A stretch of DNA of 55,839 bases from Burkholderiales bacterium (GCA_049433545.1 JBMTEY010000002.1:1-55839), one strand, 5' to 3'. Positions 22,997-33,436 are shown, counted from the stretch's first letter. Notes: generated by a model not told the origin, from the sequence alone. Numbers and translations are program-made.

Positions 22997-23389
22997 ATGA
23001 CCAAGCTGTCAGATTTCGTGCCCGCGAAGCTCGACGCGCCGTTTTATACCGACGAAGAACTCGACGCCCTGGAAGCCGTGGATCCGGTGGCGGCGACGCG
23101 CATCGCGCGCGAACAGGCGCAACTGCAGCGACAGCTGTCGGCAGTGGTTGCCGCAGGCCCGACGCCGACCGATGCCGAACTGCAGACCGTGCTGCAGGAA
23201 GCGCGCGGCATTCTCGCCCGCGACGGCGGAGACATCGAATTCGTGGCCTTTGCCGATGCTGTGCTGACGGTGCGGCTGAAAGGCAGTTGCTCGGGTTGCC
23301 CGCGCGCGCCGCTGGACCTCAAGCATGTGGTCGAGGAACTGGTGCGGCGTCAGTTTCCGCAGGTAGCCGCAGTGCGCAGCGTGTTATAA
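22997..23389 (+). CDS. NifU C-terminal (Nfu) domain protein with N-terminal extension
   Basis: LARDGGDIEFV...VRLKGSCSGCP, the Nfu CxxC motif. Confidence 0.8.
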   Translation: MTKLSDFVPAKLDAPFYTDEELDALEAVDPVAATRIAREQAQLQRQLSAVVAAGPTPTDAELQTVLQEARGILARDGGDIEFVAFADAVLTVRLKGSCSGCPRAPLDLKHVVEELVRRQFPQVAAVRSVL

Positions 23390-23400
23390 ATTATTAATAA

Positions 23401-23413
23401 AATCAATATCTTA
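23401..23413 (+). repeat. IHF-consensus-like AT-rich motif, representative of ~10 dispersed copies
   Basis: AATCAATATCTTA is an exact WATCAANNNNTTR match behind an A/T tract; related copies are listed under findings. Confidence 0.6.
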
Positions 23414-23462
23414 TAATACTTATTCGAGGCTCCCCGCAGCAGCAGAGCCTCCAGTGCATCGT

Positions 23463-24818
23463 TCAACGCACCAGGCAGGGCCGCTTGCGGTCGAAGATCC
23501 AGCCCGGAATCAGGTACTGCATGGCCACGGCATCGTCGCGCGCGCCGAGTCCATGCTGCAGGTAGAGCCGGTGCGCGGCTTCGACCGCGGCCATGTCGAG
23601 CTCGATGCCGAGCCCGGGTTTTGACGGCACTTCGATGCGGCTGTCCCTGATCTGCAGCGGCTCGCGCGTCAGCTGCTGGCCGTCCTGCCAGATCCAGTGC
23701 GTGTCGATGGCGGTGATCGCGCCCGGCGCGGCGGCGGCGACGTGCACGAACATCGCCAGCGAGACGTCGAAGTGGTTGTTCGAATGCGAGCCCCAGGTGA
23801 GATTCCAGTCGCGGCACAGTTGCGCCACGCGCACCGAACCCTGCAGCGTCCAGAAATGCGGATCGGCGAGCGGGATGTCGACGGACTGCAGCTGGATCGC
23901 ATGGCCCATCTCGCGCCAGTCGGTGGCTATCATGTTGGTTGCCGTCGGCAGTCCCGTCGCGCGGCGGAATTCCGCCATCACTTCGCGGCCGGAATAAACG
24001 CCCTCCGAACCGCAGGGGTCCTCGGCATAGGCGAGCACGCCGTGCAGGTCGCGGCACAGGCTCACCGCGTCGTCGAGCAGCCAGCCGCCGTTGGGATCGA
24101 CCGACACCCGCGCATCCGGGAAAGCCTCTTTCAACGCGCGGATGGCATCGATTTCCTCTCCGCCGCGCAGTACGCCGCCCTTGAGCTTGAAATGCCGGAA
24201 GCCGTAGCGCGCCTGCGCGGCGCGGGCCAGCCTGACCACGGCATCGGGTGTCAGTGCGGGCTCGTTGCGCAGCCGGCACCAGTCGTCATCCGCATCGTCC
24301 TCGGCGCGGTAATCAAGGCTCGTGCGTTTGCGGTCGCCGATGTAAAAAAGATAACCGAGCACTTCGACGGAATCACGCTGCAGGCCTTCGCCCAGCAGCG
24401 AGGCCACCGGCAGGCCGGTGAACCGGCCGAAGAGATCGAGCAGTCCGGCTTCGATTGCGGTCATCGCATGTACCGTGATGCGCAGGTCGAAGGTCTGCAC
24501 GCCGCGGCCCCCAGCATCGCGCTCGGCAAAGCGCCGGTGCACGGTCTGCAGGATGTTGCGGTAGTCGGCGATCGACTGTCCGATCTCCAGCGGGCGCGCG
24601 TCTTCCAGCGTCTTGCGGATGGCTTCGCCGCCGGGCACTTCGCCGACGCCGGTGTTGCCGGCGGAATCCCCGAGGATGACGAGATTGCGGGTGAACCAGG
24701 GTCCGTGCGCGCCGCTGAGGTTGAGCAGCATGCTGTCGCGTCCGGCGACGGGTATCACGCGCATCGCGGTGACGACCGGCGCGGCGCGGGCGGTGGTTGT
24801 GTGTGCGGTCGTTGACAT
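23463..24818 (-). CDS. gudD: Glucarate dehydratase (enolase superfamily)
   Basis: [60 protein letters not shown]. Confidence 0.92.
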   Translation of the reverse strand: MSTTAHTTTARAAPVVTAMRVIPVAGRDSMLLNLSGAHGPWFTRNLVILGDSAGNTGVGEVPGGEAIRKTLEDARPLEIGQSIADYRNILQTVHRRFAERDAGGRGVQTFDLRITVHAMTAIEAGLLDLFGRFTGLPVASLLGEGLQRDSVEVLGYLFYIGDRKRTSLDYRAEDDADDDWCRLRNEPALTPDAVVRLARAAQARYGFRHFKLKGGVLRGGEEIDAIRALKEAFPDARVSVDPNGGWLLDDAVSLCRDLHGVLAYAEDPCGSEGVYSGREVMAEFRRATGLPTATNMIATDWREMGHAIQLQSVDIPLADPHFWTLQGSVRVAQLCRDWNLTWGSHSNNHFDVSLAMFVHVAAAAPGAITAIDTHWIWQDGQQLTREPLQIRDSRIEVPSKPGLGIELDMAAVEAAHRLYLQHGLGARDDAVAMQYLIPGWIFDRKRPCLVR

Positions 24819-24943
24819 GATGTGGAAATGCCGTGGCGTGGTGACCGGGGGAAGGGCATTCTACCGCGGCGATGCCGGTACAATGACGCCCGGCAGACAC
24901 TCACGAAACAGTCAGGAAGCACAGCGAGGGAGCGCAGCTGCAG

Positions 24944-25711
24944 ATGAATTCCAGAACCAGCGATGTCAAGACCGTCACCGTGGACAAAGGCGTGGCGGTG
25001 GTCATTTTCAACCGGCCGCAGGTCATGAATGCGCTGAATCTGCAGTTGCGCGAAGAGATCATGGCGCTGTGCAGCGACCTCGATGCCGATCCTGAAGTCA
25101 AGGTCATCGTGTTCACGGGCGCCGGCGACAGGGCCTTCTGCGCGGGAGCCGATCTCAAGGAGCGCGGCAAACGCTCGACCGAGGACCTGTATGCCGAACG
25201 GCGCTTTTTCCGCGCGCGCTGGGTCAGCGCCATCGCCGGCATCGCCAAGCCGACCATTGCTGCGATCAACGGTTATTGCCTGGGCGGTGGCTTCGAGGTG
25301 GCGCTGCAATGCGACCTGCGCATCGCATCCGACAACGCGACCTTCGGCCTGCCTGAAGTGACGCTGGGTTTCCTGCCGGGCGCCGGCGGCACACAGCGCC
25401 TGCCGCGCGCCATCGGCCTGCAGAAGGCCAAGGAAATGATCCTCACCGGCAAACGCATCGATGCCGCCGAGGCCGAACGCCTGGGTGTCGTGCTGCGCGT
25501 GGTTCCGCGCGCGGAACTGATGCCGGAGGCGCTGCGTCTGGCGGCCGCCATTGCAAAAAATCCGCCCATCGCGGTGATGCAGGCAAAGGTCGCAATGAAC
25601 GCTTCTCAGGAAACCATGCTCTCCGGCGGCGTGCAGGCTGAAAACGAGGCCTGGCTCGCCTGCATGCTGTCTGACACCTGGAAGTCGAAACTCGATCGAT
25701 TCCGGGACTGA
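24944..25711 (+). CDS. Enoyl-CoA hydratase/isomerase family protein
   Basis: AFCAGADLKE, GGGFEVALQCD, FGLPEV, PGAGGTQRL. Confidence 0.92.
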   Translation: MNSRTSDVKTVTVDKGVAVVIFNRPQVMNALNLQLREEIMALCSDLDADPEVKVIVFTGAGDRAFCAGADLKERGKRSTEDLYAERRFFRARWVSAIAGIAKPTIAAINGYCLGGGFEVALQCDLRIASDNATFGLPEVTLGFLPGAGGTQRLPRAIGLQKAKEMILTGKRIDAAEAERLGVVLRVVPRAELMPEALRLAAAIAKNPPIAVMQAKVAMNASQETMLSGGVQAENEAWLACMLSDTWKSKLDRFRD

Positions 25712-25750
25712 GGGCATGACAGCCGTGCGAATGAAAAGGATTCCATCACC

Positions 25751-26953
25751 ATGACCAATGCGGTGCTGTCGGGTATCAAGGTCATAGACATGACCGAAGG
25801 CGTGGCCGGCCCTTATGCCGCGACGCTGCTGGGCGACATGGGCGCACAGGTGATCAAGGTGGAGCGGCCGGAAGGCGACTGGCAGCGCAGCGCCGGCAAG
25901 GGCGAGCCCGGCCGCATCGGCAATCCGCAGTTCGTCGCGCTCAACCGCAACAAGCGCGACATCGGCGTCGATCTCAACTCGGCCGACGGCCGGCGCGTCG
26001 TCGAGCGGCTGATTGCGGGCGCGGATGTGGTGGTGTCGAATTATCGCGCCGGGGTGATGGCGAAACTGGGTTTCGACTTTGAGCGCTGCAAATCCCTCAA
26101 GACCGACATCATCTACTGCACGATTTCGGGCTTCGGTCAGTCCGGGGATTACGCAACCCTGCCTGCGAGCGACACCGTTTTGCAGGCGGTCAGCGGCGTG
26201 ATGAGCGTGGTCGGCGAGCCGGAAGGGCCGCCGTTGCGTGTGGGTTTTCCGTTGATCGACATGGCGGCGGCAAACGCCGCGGTGCAGTCGGTGCTGCTCG
26301 CGCTCTACGGCCGCGCCTGCGGACGGGGCGGCGCCAACATCGACGTCAGCCTGCTCGCGGCGGCGGCATCGCTGATGTGCGGTGGTTTCACCGAATACCT
26401 GGCTTCGGGCCTGCTGCCGCCGCGCCAGGGCCGTCAGAACAGCCTGCTGGCGCCGGCTGGAGCCTTCGAAGTGGCGGGGGACCGCCACATCACCATCGCG
26501 GTCCTGCGCGATTCACACTGGCGCAAGTTCTGCGCTGCGCTCGGGCTCGATGCGCTGGCGGAAGATCCGCGCTTTCACACCAACGACGAACGTCTGAAAA
26601 ACCGCGGCGCACTCGATGCCATCATCGTGCCGCTGCTGAAAACGAAAACCGTGGAGGAATGGTTGCCATTGCTGCGCGCGGCCGACATCCTGTGCGGGCC
26701 GATCAATTCAGTGGCTGATGTGCTGGCCGATCCCGCCCTGGCCGCCTGCCTGCCGCTGATCGATTCCGGAGGCGTGCGGCCGCCGCAGGTGGTCGGTTCG
26801 CCGATCCGTTATGACGGCGAATTTTTCACCGCACGCTGCGCTGCGCCGGCCAGGGGCCAGCACACGCGTGAAATTCTTTTGGAAAACGGGTATGCCGAAG
26901 CGGAAATCGAAGACTTGGTGCGTACGGGCGGCATTTTTGTCGAACGGGCGTGA
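25751..26953 (+). CDS. CaiB/BaiF family III CoA-transferase
   Basis: AGPYAATLLGDMGAQVIKVE, NRNKR, ISGFGQSG, GQHTREIL. Confidence 0.92.
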   Translation: MTNAVLSGIKVIDMTEGVAGPYAATLLGDMGAQVIKVERPEGDWQRSAGKGEPGRIGNPQFVALNRNKRDIGVDLNSADGRRVVERLIAGADVVVSNYRAGVMAKLGFDFERCKSLKTDIIYCTISGFGQSGDYATLPASDTVLQAVSGVMSVVGEPEGPPLRVGFPLIDMAAANAAVQSVLLALYGRACGRGGANIDVSLLAAAASLMCGGFTEYLASGLLPPRQGRQNSLLAPAGAFEVAGDRHITIAVLRDSHWRKFCAALGLDALAEDPRFHTNDERLKNRGALDAIIVPLLKTKTVEEWLPLLRAADILCGPINSVADVLADPALAACLPLIDSGGVRPPQVVGSPIRYDGEFFTARCAAPARGQHTREILLENGYAEAEIEDLVRTGGIFVERA

Positions 26954-27014
26954 ATCCGCCTGCGTACGTGGCTGCTGGTGAAAATAAAATATTCAATAAA
27001 ATTAATAACTTAAA

Positions 27015-30000
27015 TTAATTTGCAGCGTTGGGCTGCCAGCGCAGGTCCAGCGTGACGGGGAAGGCGGGATTCGGCAATTCCGCCGCGACCTTCATCGGCC
27101 CCGGGGTGTGGCCATGGTCCCAGAAACGCGCGACGCGCCGCGCTTCGGCTTCGTTGGCGTTGACCGGGAAGGTGCTGTAGTTGCGGCCGCCCGGATGCGA
27201 CACATGGTAGGTGCAGCCGCCGATCGAACGCTCGCTCCAGGTATCCACGACATCGAACACCAGAGGCGCATGCACGCCCAGGGTGGGATGCAGCGCTGAC
27301 GGCGGATTCCACGCGCAGTAGCGTACGCCGGCGACAAATTCTCCCGGCGTTCCGGTCGGCGCCAGCGGCAGCGCGCGTCCATTGCAGGTGATGACATGCC
27401 GTGATTCGGTCAGTCCGCGTGCGCGTACCTGCAGCCGTTCGACGGACGAATCAACATATCGAGCCGTCGCATTGAGTCCGATTTCCTCGCCAAGCACGTT
27501 CCACGGCTCGATGGCCTGACGCAGCTCGATTTCGATGCCGTTGTAGATCACGGTGCCGTAACGCGGAAAACGGAATTCATGGAAAGGTGCGTACCAGGCA
27601 TCGTCGAAGGCAAAGCCGGCGCGGCGCAGGTCGGCAAGCACGTCGTGGAAATCGGCGGCAACGTAGTGCGGCAGCATGAAGCGGTCATGCAGTTGCGTGC
27701 CCCAGCGCACTAACTTCGCGCGGTACGGCGTTTTCCAGAACCACGCAACCAGCGCGCGCAGCAGCAGCATCTGCGCGAGGCTCATCTGCGGATGCGGCGG
27801 CATTTCGAAACCGCGGAACTCGAGCAGGCCCAGCCGACCACGGCCGCCGGCCGGGGTGTAGAGCTTGTCAACGCAGAATTCCGCGCGGTGGGTATTGCCA
27901 GTCAGGTCGACCAGAAAGTTGCGCAGCAGGCGGTCGGTCATTTCAGGCGGAAGTTGCGATCCGTTCTTCTGCAGCAGCTGATCCATCTGCTGGAAGGCGA
28001 TTTCCAGTTCGTAGAGGTTGTCGTCGCGGGCCTCGTCGACGCGCGGGGCCTGGCTGGTCGGGCCGATGAACATGCCCGAGAACAGGTACGACAATGACGG
28101 GTGGTTCTGCCAGTAGGTGATCAGGCTGCGCAGCAGGTCGGGGCGGCGCAACAGCGGGCTGTCGGCGGCCGTTGGTCCGCCGAGCGCGATGTGGTTGCGG
28201 CCGCCGCTGCCGGTGTGCCGTCCGTCGAGCATGAATTTTTCGGTGCCGAGGCGGGTCAGGCGCGCTTCCTCGTACAGCGCCATGGTGCGTTCGGTCAGTT
28301 CGGTCCAGGTGGCCGAAGGATGGATGTTGACTTCGATGACGCCGGGATCCGGCGTCACACCCAGCGTGGTGACTCGCGGATCAAACGTCGGCTCATAGCC
28401 TTCGAGGCGTATGCGCAGGCCGGTTTTTTCGGCGGTGAGTTCGACAGCCGTGAGCAGGTCGAAGTACGGCTGCGCGGCTATGAACGGGGGCAGGAAAACG
28501 TAGAGCCGTCCCTTGCGTTCTTCGATGCACAGCGCGGTGCGCACGACCTTGCCGCCGTCAGGCAGTTTTTCCGCGAGCAGGTTGAGTGGCAGTCGGTAGC
28601 CGATGGCGGAATCGCCGCTGCCGAGTACGAGCTGGCCGCCGGGAAGCGGCCAGGCCGTGCTGCTCCAGCCTTTTTCACCGGCGCCGAGTGAAAGCACGTA
28701 GCCGGCAGCTTGCTTGCTGCCGGGCACGCGCAGGGCTTTATCCGCAGACAGATGAGTCAGCGGATCTTCCCATGCGGGCATCAGCCGTTCAGCCGGCAAT
28801 CCCAGTGCGGCAGTCAGGGCCTGCGCAAAACGTTGAGCGTCGGCGGGTTTTGCGTCGGCGGGTGTCGATGCGGTCGCGATCAGCGAGGGGTTGCGCCACA
28901 GCGGGGTGCCGTCATTGCGCCACTGAATGCCGATGGCCCAGCGCGGCAGCGGTTCGCCTGGATACCACTTGCCTTGGCCGTAGAACACCACGCCACCCGG
29001 CGCGAAGCGGTCCTTGAGGCGCCACGCGAGCTGCTCGGCGAGCAGCCATTTTTTTTCGGACAGCGCAGCGGTATTCCATTCCACGCCGTCCATGTCGTCG
29101 ATCGACACAAAGGTCGGCTCGCCGCCCTGGGTCAGGCGTACGTCATTCGCGGTGAGACAGGCATCGATGCGATGGCCCAGTGCTTCGATGGCTTTCCATT
29201 CTTCATCGTCATAGGGCTTTGTAACGCGCGGATCCTCATGTATGCGCGTGACGTTCATTGCGAATTCGAAGGTCGATTCGCTGGGTTCGACACCGCCGAT
29301 GACTGCGGCAGCGCTGGCAGGCGAAGGCGTGCATGCCAGAGGTATGTGTCCTTCGCCGGCCAGCAGGCCGGAAGTCGCATCGAGTCCGATCCACCCTGCG
29401 CCGGGTATGTAGGCTTCGGCCCAGGCGTGGAGATCGGTGAAATCGCGCTCGGGGCCGACCGGGCCGTCAAGGGGCTTCTGGTCAGCGGTGAGCTGGATCA
29501 GGTAGCCGGAGACAAAGCGTGCGGCGAGTCCGCAATGGCGCAGGATCTGCACCATCAGCCAGCCGCTGTCGCGGCAGGATCCGCTTTTGTTCTGCAGTGA
29601 TTGTTCGCAGGTCTGGACCCCGGGCTCCATGCGCACCAGGTAGCGTATGTCTTTCTGCAGTTGCTGGTTGACCGCCATCAGGAAATCGATGGTGGCCATC
29701 GATCCGGGGTGGGCGGCACGAAACTCCGCCAGCCATTGATTGAGCAACGGCCCCTGTTCGTCGATCGCAAGGTACGGCGTCAGGTCGCGTACCAGGTCGT
29801 CTTGATAGGCGAACGGGAATTTTTCAGCGTAACTATCGATGAAAAAATCAAAGGGATTGATCACCGTCAGATCGGCGACCAGGTCTACAGTGATCTCGAG
29901 TTCACGCGTTTTTTCCGGGAAAACGAAGCGCGCGATATAGTTGCCGAAGACATCCTGCTGCCAGTTGATGAAATGCTCAGCGGGACTGACGTTCAGCGAA

Positions 30001-30122
30001 TACGAGAGTATCGGCGTGCGGCTGTGCGGGGCAGGCCGCAGGCGGATTTCATGCGGCGACAGACCTACATCGCGGTCGTAGCGGTAACGCGTCTGGTGGT
30101 GCAGGGCGACGTGGATGCTCAT
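27015..30122 (-). CDS. Transglutaminase-like domain fused to DUF2126 (putative COOH-NH2 amidoligase)
   Basis: N-terminal IRLRPAPHSRT; triad GSCRDS / DLHAW / GLDATSG; C-terminal LTQGGEPTFVS, QGKWYPGE, TPDPGVIEVNIHP, GPTSQAPRVDE, YVDSSVER; start reset to MSIHVAL. Confidence 0.9.
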   Translation of the reverse strand: MSIHVALHHQTRYRYDRDVGLSPHEIRLRPAPHSRTPILSYSLNVSPAEHFINWQQDVFGNYIARFVFPEKTRELEITVDLVADLTVINPFDFFIDSYAEKFPFAYQDDLVRDLTPYLAIDEQGPLLNQWLAEFRAAHPGSMATIDFLMAVNQQLQKDIRYLVRMEPGVQTCEQSLQNKSGSCRDSGWLMVQILRHCGLAARFVSGYLIQLTADQKPLDGPVGPERDFTDLHAWAEAYIPGAGWIGLDATSGLLAGEGHIPLACTPSPASAAAVIGGVEPSESTFEFAMNVTRIHEDPRVTKPYDDEEWKAIEALGHRIDACLTANDVRLTQGGEPTFVSIDDMDGVEWNTAALSEKKWLLAEQLAWRLKDRFAPGGVVFYGQGKWYPGEPLPRWAIGIQWRNDGTPLWRNPSLIATASTPADAKPADAQRFAQALTAALGLPAERLMPAWEDPLTHLSADKALRVPGSKQAAGYVLSLGAGEKGWSSTAWPLPGGQLVLGSGDSAIGYRLPLNLLAEKLPDGGKVVRTALCIEERKGRLYVFLPPFIAAQPYFDLLTAVELTAEKTGLRIRLEGYEPTFDPRVTTLGVTPDPGVIEVNIHPSATWTELTERTMALYEEARLTRLGTEKFMLDGRHTGSGGRNHIALGGPTAADSPLLRRPDLLRSLITYWQNHPSLSYLFSGMFIGPTSQAPRVDEARDDNLYELEIAFQQMDQLLQKNGSQLPPEMTDRLLRNFLVDLTGNTHRAEFCVDKLYTPAGGRGRLGLLEFRGFEMPPHPQMSLAQMLLLRALVAWFWKTPYRAKLVRWGTQLHDRFMLPHYVAADFHDVLADLRRAGFAFDDAWYAPFHEFRFPRYGTVIYNGIEIELRQAIEPWNVLGEEIGLNATARYVDSSVERLQVRARGLTESRHVITCNGRALPLAPTGTPGEFVAGVRYCAWNPPSALHPTLGVHAPLVFDVVDTWSERSIGGCTYHVSHPGGRNYSTFPVNANEAEARRVARFWDHGHTPGPMKVAAELPNPAFPVTLDLRWQPNAAN

Positions 30123-30149
30123 GGCCGGATGCCCGGCCGGCACGACGGG

Positions 30150-30893
30150 TTACTGTTCGAAGCCGACATTCCAGTCGGGGTTGGGCAGCTCGGCAAAAAC
30201 CTTGCGCAGACCTTCGCCCCAGCGCTGGTGAACCATGTTGAAGTAAGGGTCGGTTTCATTGATCTGGTGCTGGAAGGCGACACGCAGCGTGTCGGTACGG
30301 TAGATGAGGAGGTCGATCGGCAGGCCGACGGAAATATTGCTGCGCATTGTCGAGTCGAACGAGACCAGCAGGCATTTGGTCGCTTCAAGCAGGCTGGTTT
30401 CCGGCTTGACCACGCGGTCAATGACCGGTTTTCCGTACTTGCTCTCACCGATCTGGAAATAAGTGGTCTCCGCAGTGGACTCGATGAAATTGCCTTCGCT
30501 GTAGACGTGGAACAGCCGCTGGCGTCCGCCGCTGATCTGGCCGCCGACAATGAAGGAGGCGCTGGAATCAACATTGGCCTGCTGCAGGTAAGGGCCGTCG
30601 CGCTTGCGTACTTCGCGCAGGGCCTGGCCTATCATTTCGGCGACCTCGTACATGGAGCGTGCGTCGTACAAGGTCTGCCTGTCGGGTTCGCGCTGGTTTT
30701 CTTCGATCAGGTTGATGGCGCTCTGGGTGATCGACAGGTTGCCGGAGCTGAGGATGACGATGACACGGTCGCCTTCGCGGCAGAATACCCGCATCTTGCG
30801 GTAACTCGAGACATGGTCGACGCCGGCATTTGTCCGCGAGTCGGAGGCGAACACCATGCCGGCTTTGAGGGTGATGGCTACGCAATACGTCAT
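30150..30893 (-). CDS. Anbu proteasome-type (Ntn) protease
   Basis: MTYC N-terminus with Thr nucleophile, SDSRTNAGVD, SGNLSITQ, FQIGESKYGKP, STMRSNISVGLPID. Confidence 0.92.
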   Translation of the reverse strand: MTYCVAITLKAGMVFASDSRTNAGVDHVSSYRKMRVFCREGDRVIVILSSGNLSITQSAINLIEENQREPDRQTLYDARSMYEVAEMIGQALREVRKRDGPYLQQANVDSSASFIVGGQISGGRQRLFHVYSEGNFIESTAETTYFQIGESKYGKPVIDRVVKPETSLLEATKCLLVSFDSTMRSNISVGLPIDLLIYRTDTLRVAFQHQINETDPYFNMVHQRWGEGLRKVFAELPNPDWNVGFEQ

Positions 30894-31001
30894 GTTCGGT
30901 GCTGGGCGTAAAAAAGATGTGGCGAAGCATAGGGTAAGCGCTGTTGGCTGACAAGCAAGCTTGGGAGCAGGTGGCCGAAGGCCTTGCTTTTCCGTTGATA
31001 G

Positions 31002-32015
31002 TCATTCAATGGCCGTGGCGGGCCGCACCTTTGGTGCCGGCGATGTCATGTCCGGGCCGTAAACCGGCACCAGAAAGTGCTGGTTGAGTTCATCGTTGAG
31101 CAGGTGCAGTTTTTCCAGGAAGTCGATCAGGTATTCGTGAAGGCCGATTTCCATGATCTGCTCGACGCGGCCATAGTGCAGCTGTGCGTGCAGTTCACCG
31201 GCGAGGCGTTCGGGTTCCATCGATTCGCGACGGCACATTTCGCGCAGGATTTCGTAGATTTCGTTCATGCATGCATGCAGCGAGCGCGGCAGGTCGTCGC
31301 GCAGGATCAGCAACTCGGCGACGCGACGCGGCGTGATCACGTCGCGGTATATCCTGCGGTATGAACTCAGCGCGCTGACCGAGCGCAGCAGTGCGCTCCA
31401 CTGGTAGTAGTCGACCGCGCCGCCGACGTCCGCAGCGCTGGGCAGCAGGGTGTGGTACTTGACGTCAAGCAGCCGCACCGTGTTGTCGGAGCGCTCCATG
31501 AAGGTACCGAGCCGGATGAACTGGTAGGCCTCGTCGCGCAGCATGGTGCCGAAAGTTACGCCTCGGAACTGGTGCGACTGTACCTTGATCCATTCGAAGA
31601 ATTCGTTGATCCCGCCGTAGTCCAGCGCATTCTCGCCACGGCTGCGCAGTTCCAGCCACATCGAATTCAGGTCTTCGTACATCTCGGTGGTCATCACGCC
31701 GCGCATGCTGCGCCCGTTTTCGCGCGCTGAGCGCATCAGCGAATAGATGCTGGAGGGATTGGCGCTGTCGAGCACCATGAAACGCAGCACTTTTTCGGAA
31801 GTCAGGGGACCGGGATTGCGTTCATAGTAGTCGCTGGCAAGGCCGTTGATGACCAGCGGCAGCGCCCACGGTTCTGCCCAGGACTGTCCGGAATCGGTGA
31901 CGCGGTACGGCAGCAGCGACATCTGGTAGGTGACGTCGAGCAGGCGCGCGGTGTTTTCGGCGCGCTCGATCTGGCGCGACATCCAGTAGAGATTGTTGGC
32001 CTGGCGGCTCAGCAT
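31002..32015 (-). CDS. Alpha-E domain protein (DUF403)
   Basis: MLSRQANNLYWMSRQIERAENTARLL, ARENGR, GTFMERSDNTVRLLDVKY, LPRSL. Confidence 0.92.
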   Translation of the reverse strand: MLSRQANNLYWMSRQIERAENTARLLDVTYQMSLLPYRVTDSGQSWAEPWALPLVINGLASDYYERNPGPLTSEKVLRFMVLDSANPSSIYSLMRSARENGRSMRGVMTTEMYEDLNSMWLELRSRGENALDYGGINEFFEWIKVQSHQFRGVTFGTMLRDEAYQFIRLGTFMERSDNTVRLLDVKYHTLLPSAADVGGAVDYYQWSALLRSVSALSSYRRIYRDVITPRRVAELLILRDDLPRSLHACMNEIYEILREMCRRESMEPERLAGELHAQLHYGRVEQIMEIGLHEYLIDFLEKLHLLNDELNQHFLVPVYGPDMTSPAPKVRPATAIE

Positions 32016-33436
32016 CAGAGATCCTCCAGCACCCAGGTGTCCTTGGTGCCGCCACCCTGGGAAGAGTTGACGACCAGCGAGCCCTCGCGCAGCGCGACAC
32101 GGGTCAGTCCGCCGGGCACCAGCGAAACTTCGCGGCCGTTGAGGACGTAGGGGCGTAGATCGACATGGCGCGGCAGGATGCCGGAATCGCAGAACGTGGG
32201 ACAGGTCGACAGCGCCAGCGTCGGCTGGGCGATGTAATTGGCGGGGCTTTGTTCGATGCGCTTGCGGAATTCGGCGATCTGTTCCCGGGTCGAGGTCGGC
32301 CCGACCAGCATACCGTAACCGCCGGAGCCCTGGACTTCCTTGACCACCAGTTCGTCAAGGTGATCCAGTGCATAGGCACATTCATCCGGATTGCCAAGAC
32401 GATAGGTTGGCACGTTGGAGATGATCGGTTTTTCGTTCAGGTAATACTCGATCATCTGCGGTACGTAGAGATAGGTCGATTTGTCGTCGGCTACGCCGGT
32501 TCCGATGGCGTTGGCGAGCGTGACATTGCCTTCGCGGTAGGCCGCGAAGATTCCCGGAACGCCGAGCACGGAATCAGGGCGGAAGGCCAGCGGGTCGAGA
32601 TAGTCGTCATCGATGCGGCGGTAGATCACGTCGACGCGCTGCGGACCTTCGGTGGTGCGCATGTAAACCACATCGTTGACCACGAACAGATCCTGGCCTT
32701 CGACCAGTTCCACGCCCATCTGCTGGGCGAGGAAAGCGTGCTCGAAGTAGGCACTATTGTGGGCGCCCGGTGTCAGCACCACGACTACCGGCTGAGATGA
32801 GCGCGAAGGTGCAACAGCTCGCAGATTGTCGAGCAGCACGTCGGTGTAGTGGTCGACCGGGGCCACGGGCATGCGCGCAAACAGTTCCGGAAACAGCCGC
32901 ATCATCATCTTGCGGTTCTCGAGCATGTACGACACGCCCGAAGGGGTACGCAGGTTGTCTTCGAGTACGTAGAACTGGCCCTCGTCGGTTTTGACGATGT
33001 CCACGCCGGCGATATGCACGTAGACATTTCCCGGCACGTCAAGCCCGCGCATTTCAGGGCGGAAAGCCGGGTGGCCAATGACCTGGGATTCAGGAACGAT
33101 GCCGGCTTTGATGATCTCCTGGTCGTGATAGACGTCGTTGAGGAAGGCGTTGAGTGCGCGCACCCGCTGGCAGGCGCCTTCGCTGATGATTTTCCATGCT
33201 GCGGGGCGGATGATTCGCGGGATGATGTCGAACGGTATCGAGCGTTCGGTTCCCGATTCATCGCCGTAGACGGCAAAGGTGATGCCAAGACGGGTGTAAA
33301 GCGCATTAGCTTCGCGCTGTTTCTGCTTCAGGAAATCCGGCGGCTTGTCCTTCAGCCAGGCGTCATGCGCACGATAGTGCGGGCGGATGCCACCGCCGGC
33401 ATCCCGCATTTCGTCGTAAGGGGGTTTGGCGCTCAA
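32015..33436 (-). CDS. Circularly permuted type 2 ATP-grasp protein
   Basis: YDEM, GITF, PFDIIPR, LEDNLRTPSGVSY, NSAYFEH, GVADDK, DLRPY, VVNSSQGGGTKDTWV. Start proposed at TTG 33436 (AGGGA 8 nt upstream); the tracked extension to 34558 is antisense to relA. Confidence 0.92.
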   Translation of the reverse strand: MSAKPPYDEMRDAGGGIRPHYRAHDAWLKDKPPDFLKQKQREANALYTRLGITFAVYGDESGTERSIPFDIIPRIIRPAAWKIISEGACQRVRALNAFLNDVYHDQEIIKAGIVPESQVIGHPAFRPEMRGLDVPGNVYVHIAGVDIVKTDEGQFYVLEDNLRTPSGVSYMLENRKMMMRLFPELFARMPVAPVDHYTDVLLDNLRAVAPSRSSQPVVVVLTPGAHNSAYFEHAFLAQQMGVELVEGQDLFVVNDVVYMRTTEGPQRVDVIYRRIDDDYLDPLAFRPDSVLGVPGIFAAYREGNVTLANAIGTGVADDKSTYLYVPQMIEYYLNEKPIISNVPTYRLGNPDECAYALDHLDELVVKEVQGSGGYGMLVGPTSTREQIAEFRKRIEQSPANYIAQPTLALSTCPTFCDSGILPRHVDLRPYVLNGREVSLVPGGLTRVALREGSLVVNSSQGGGTKDTWVLEDL

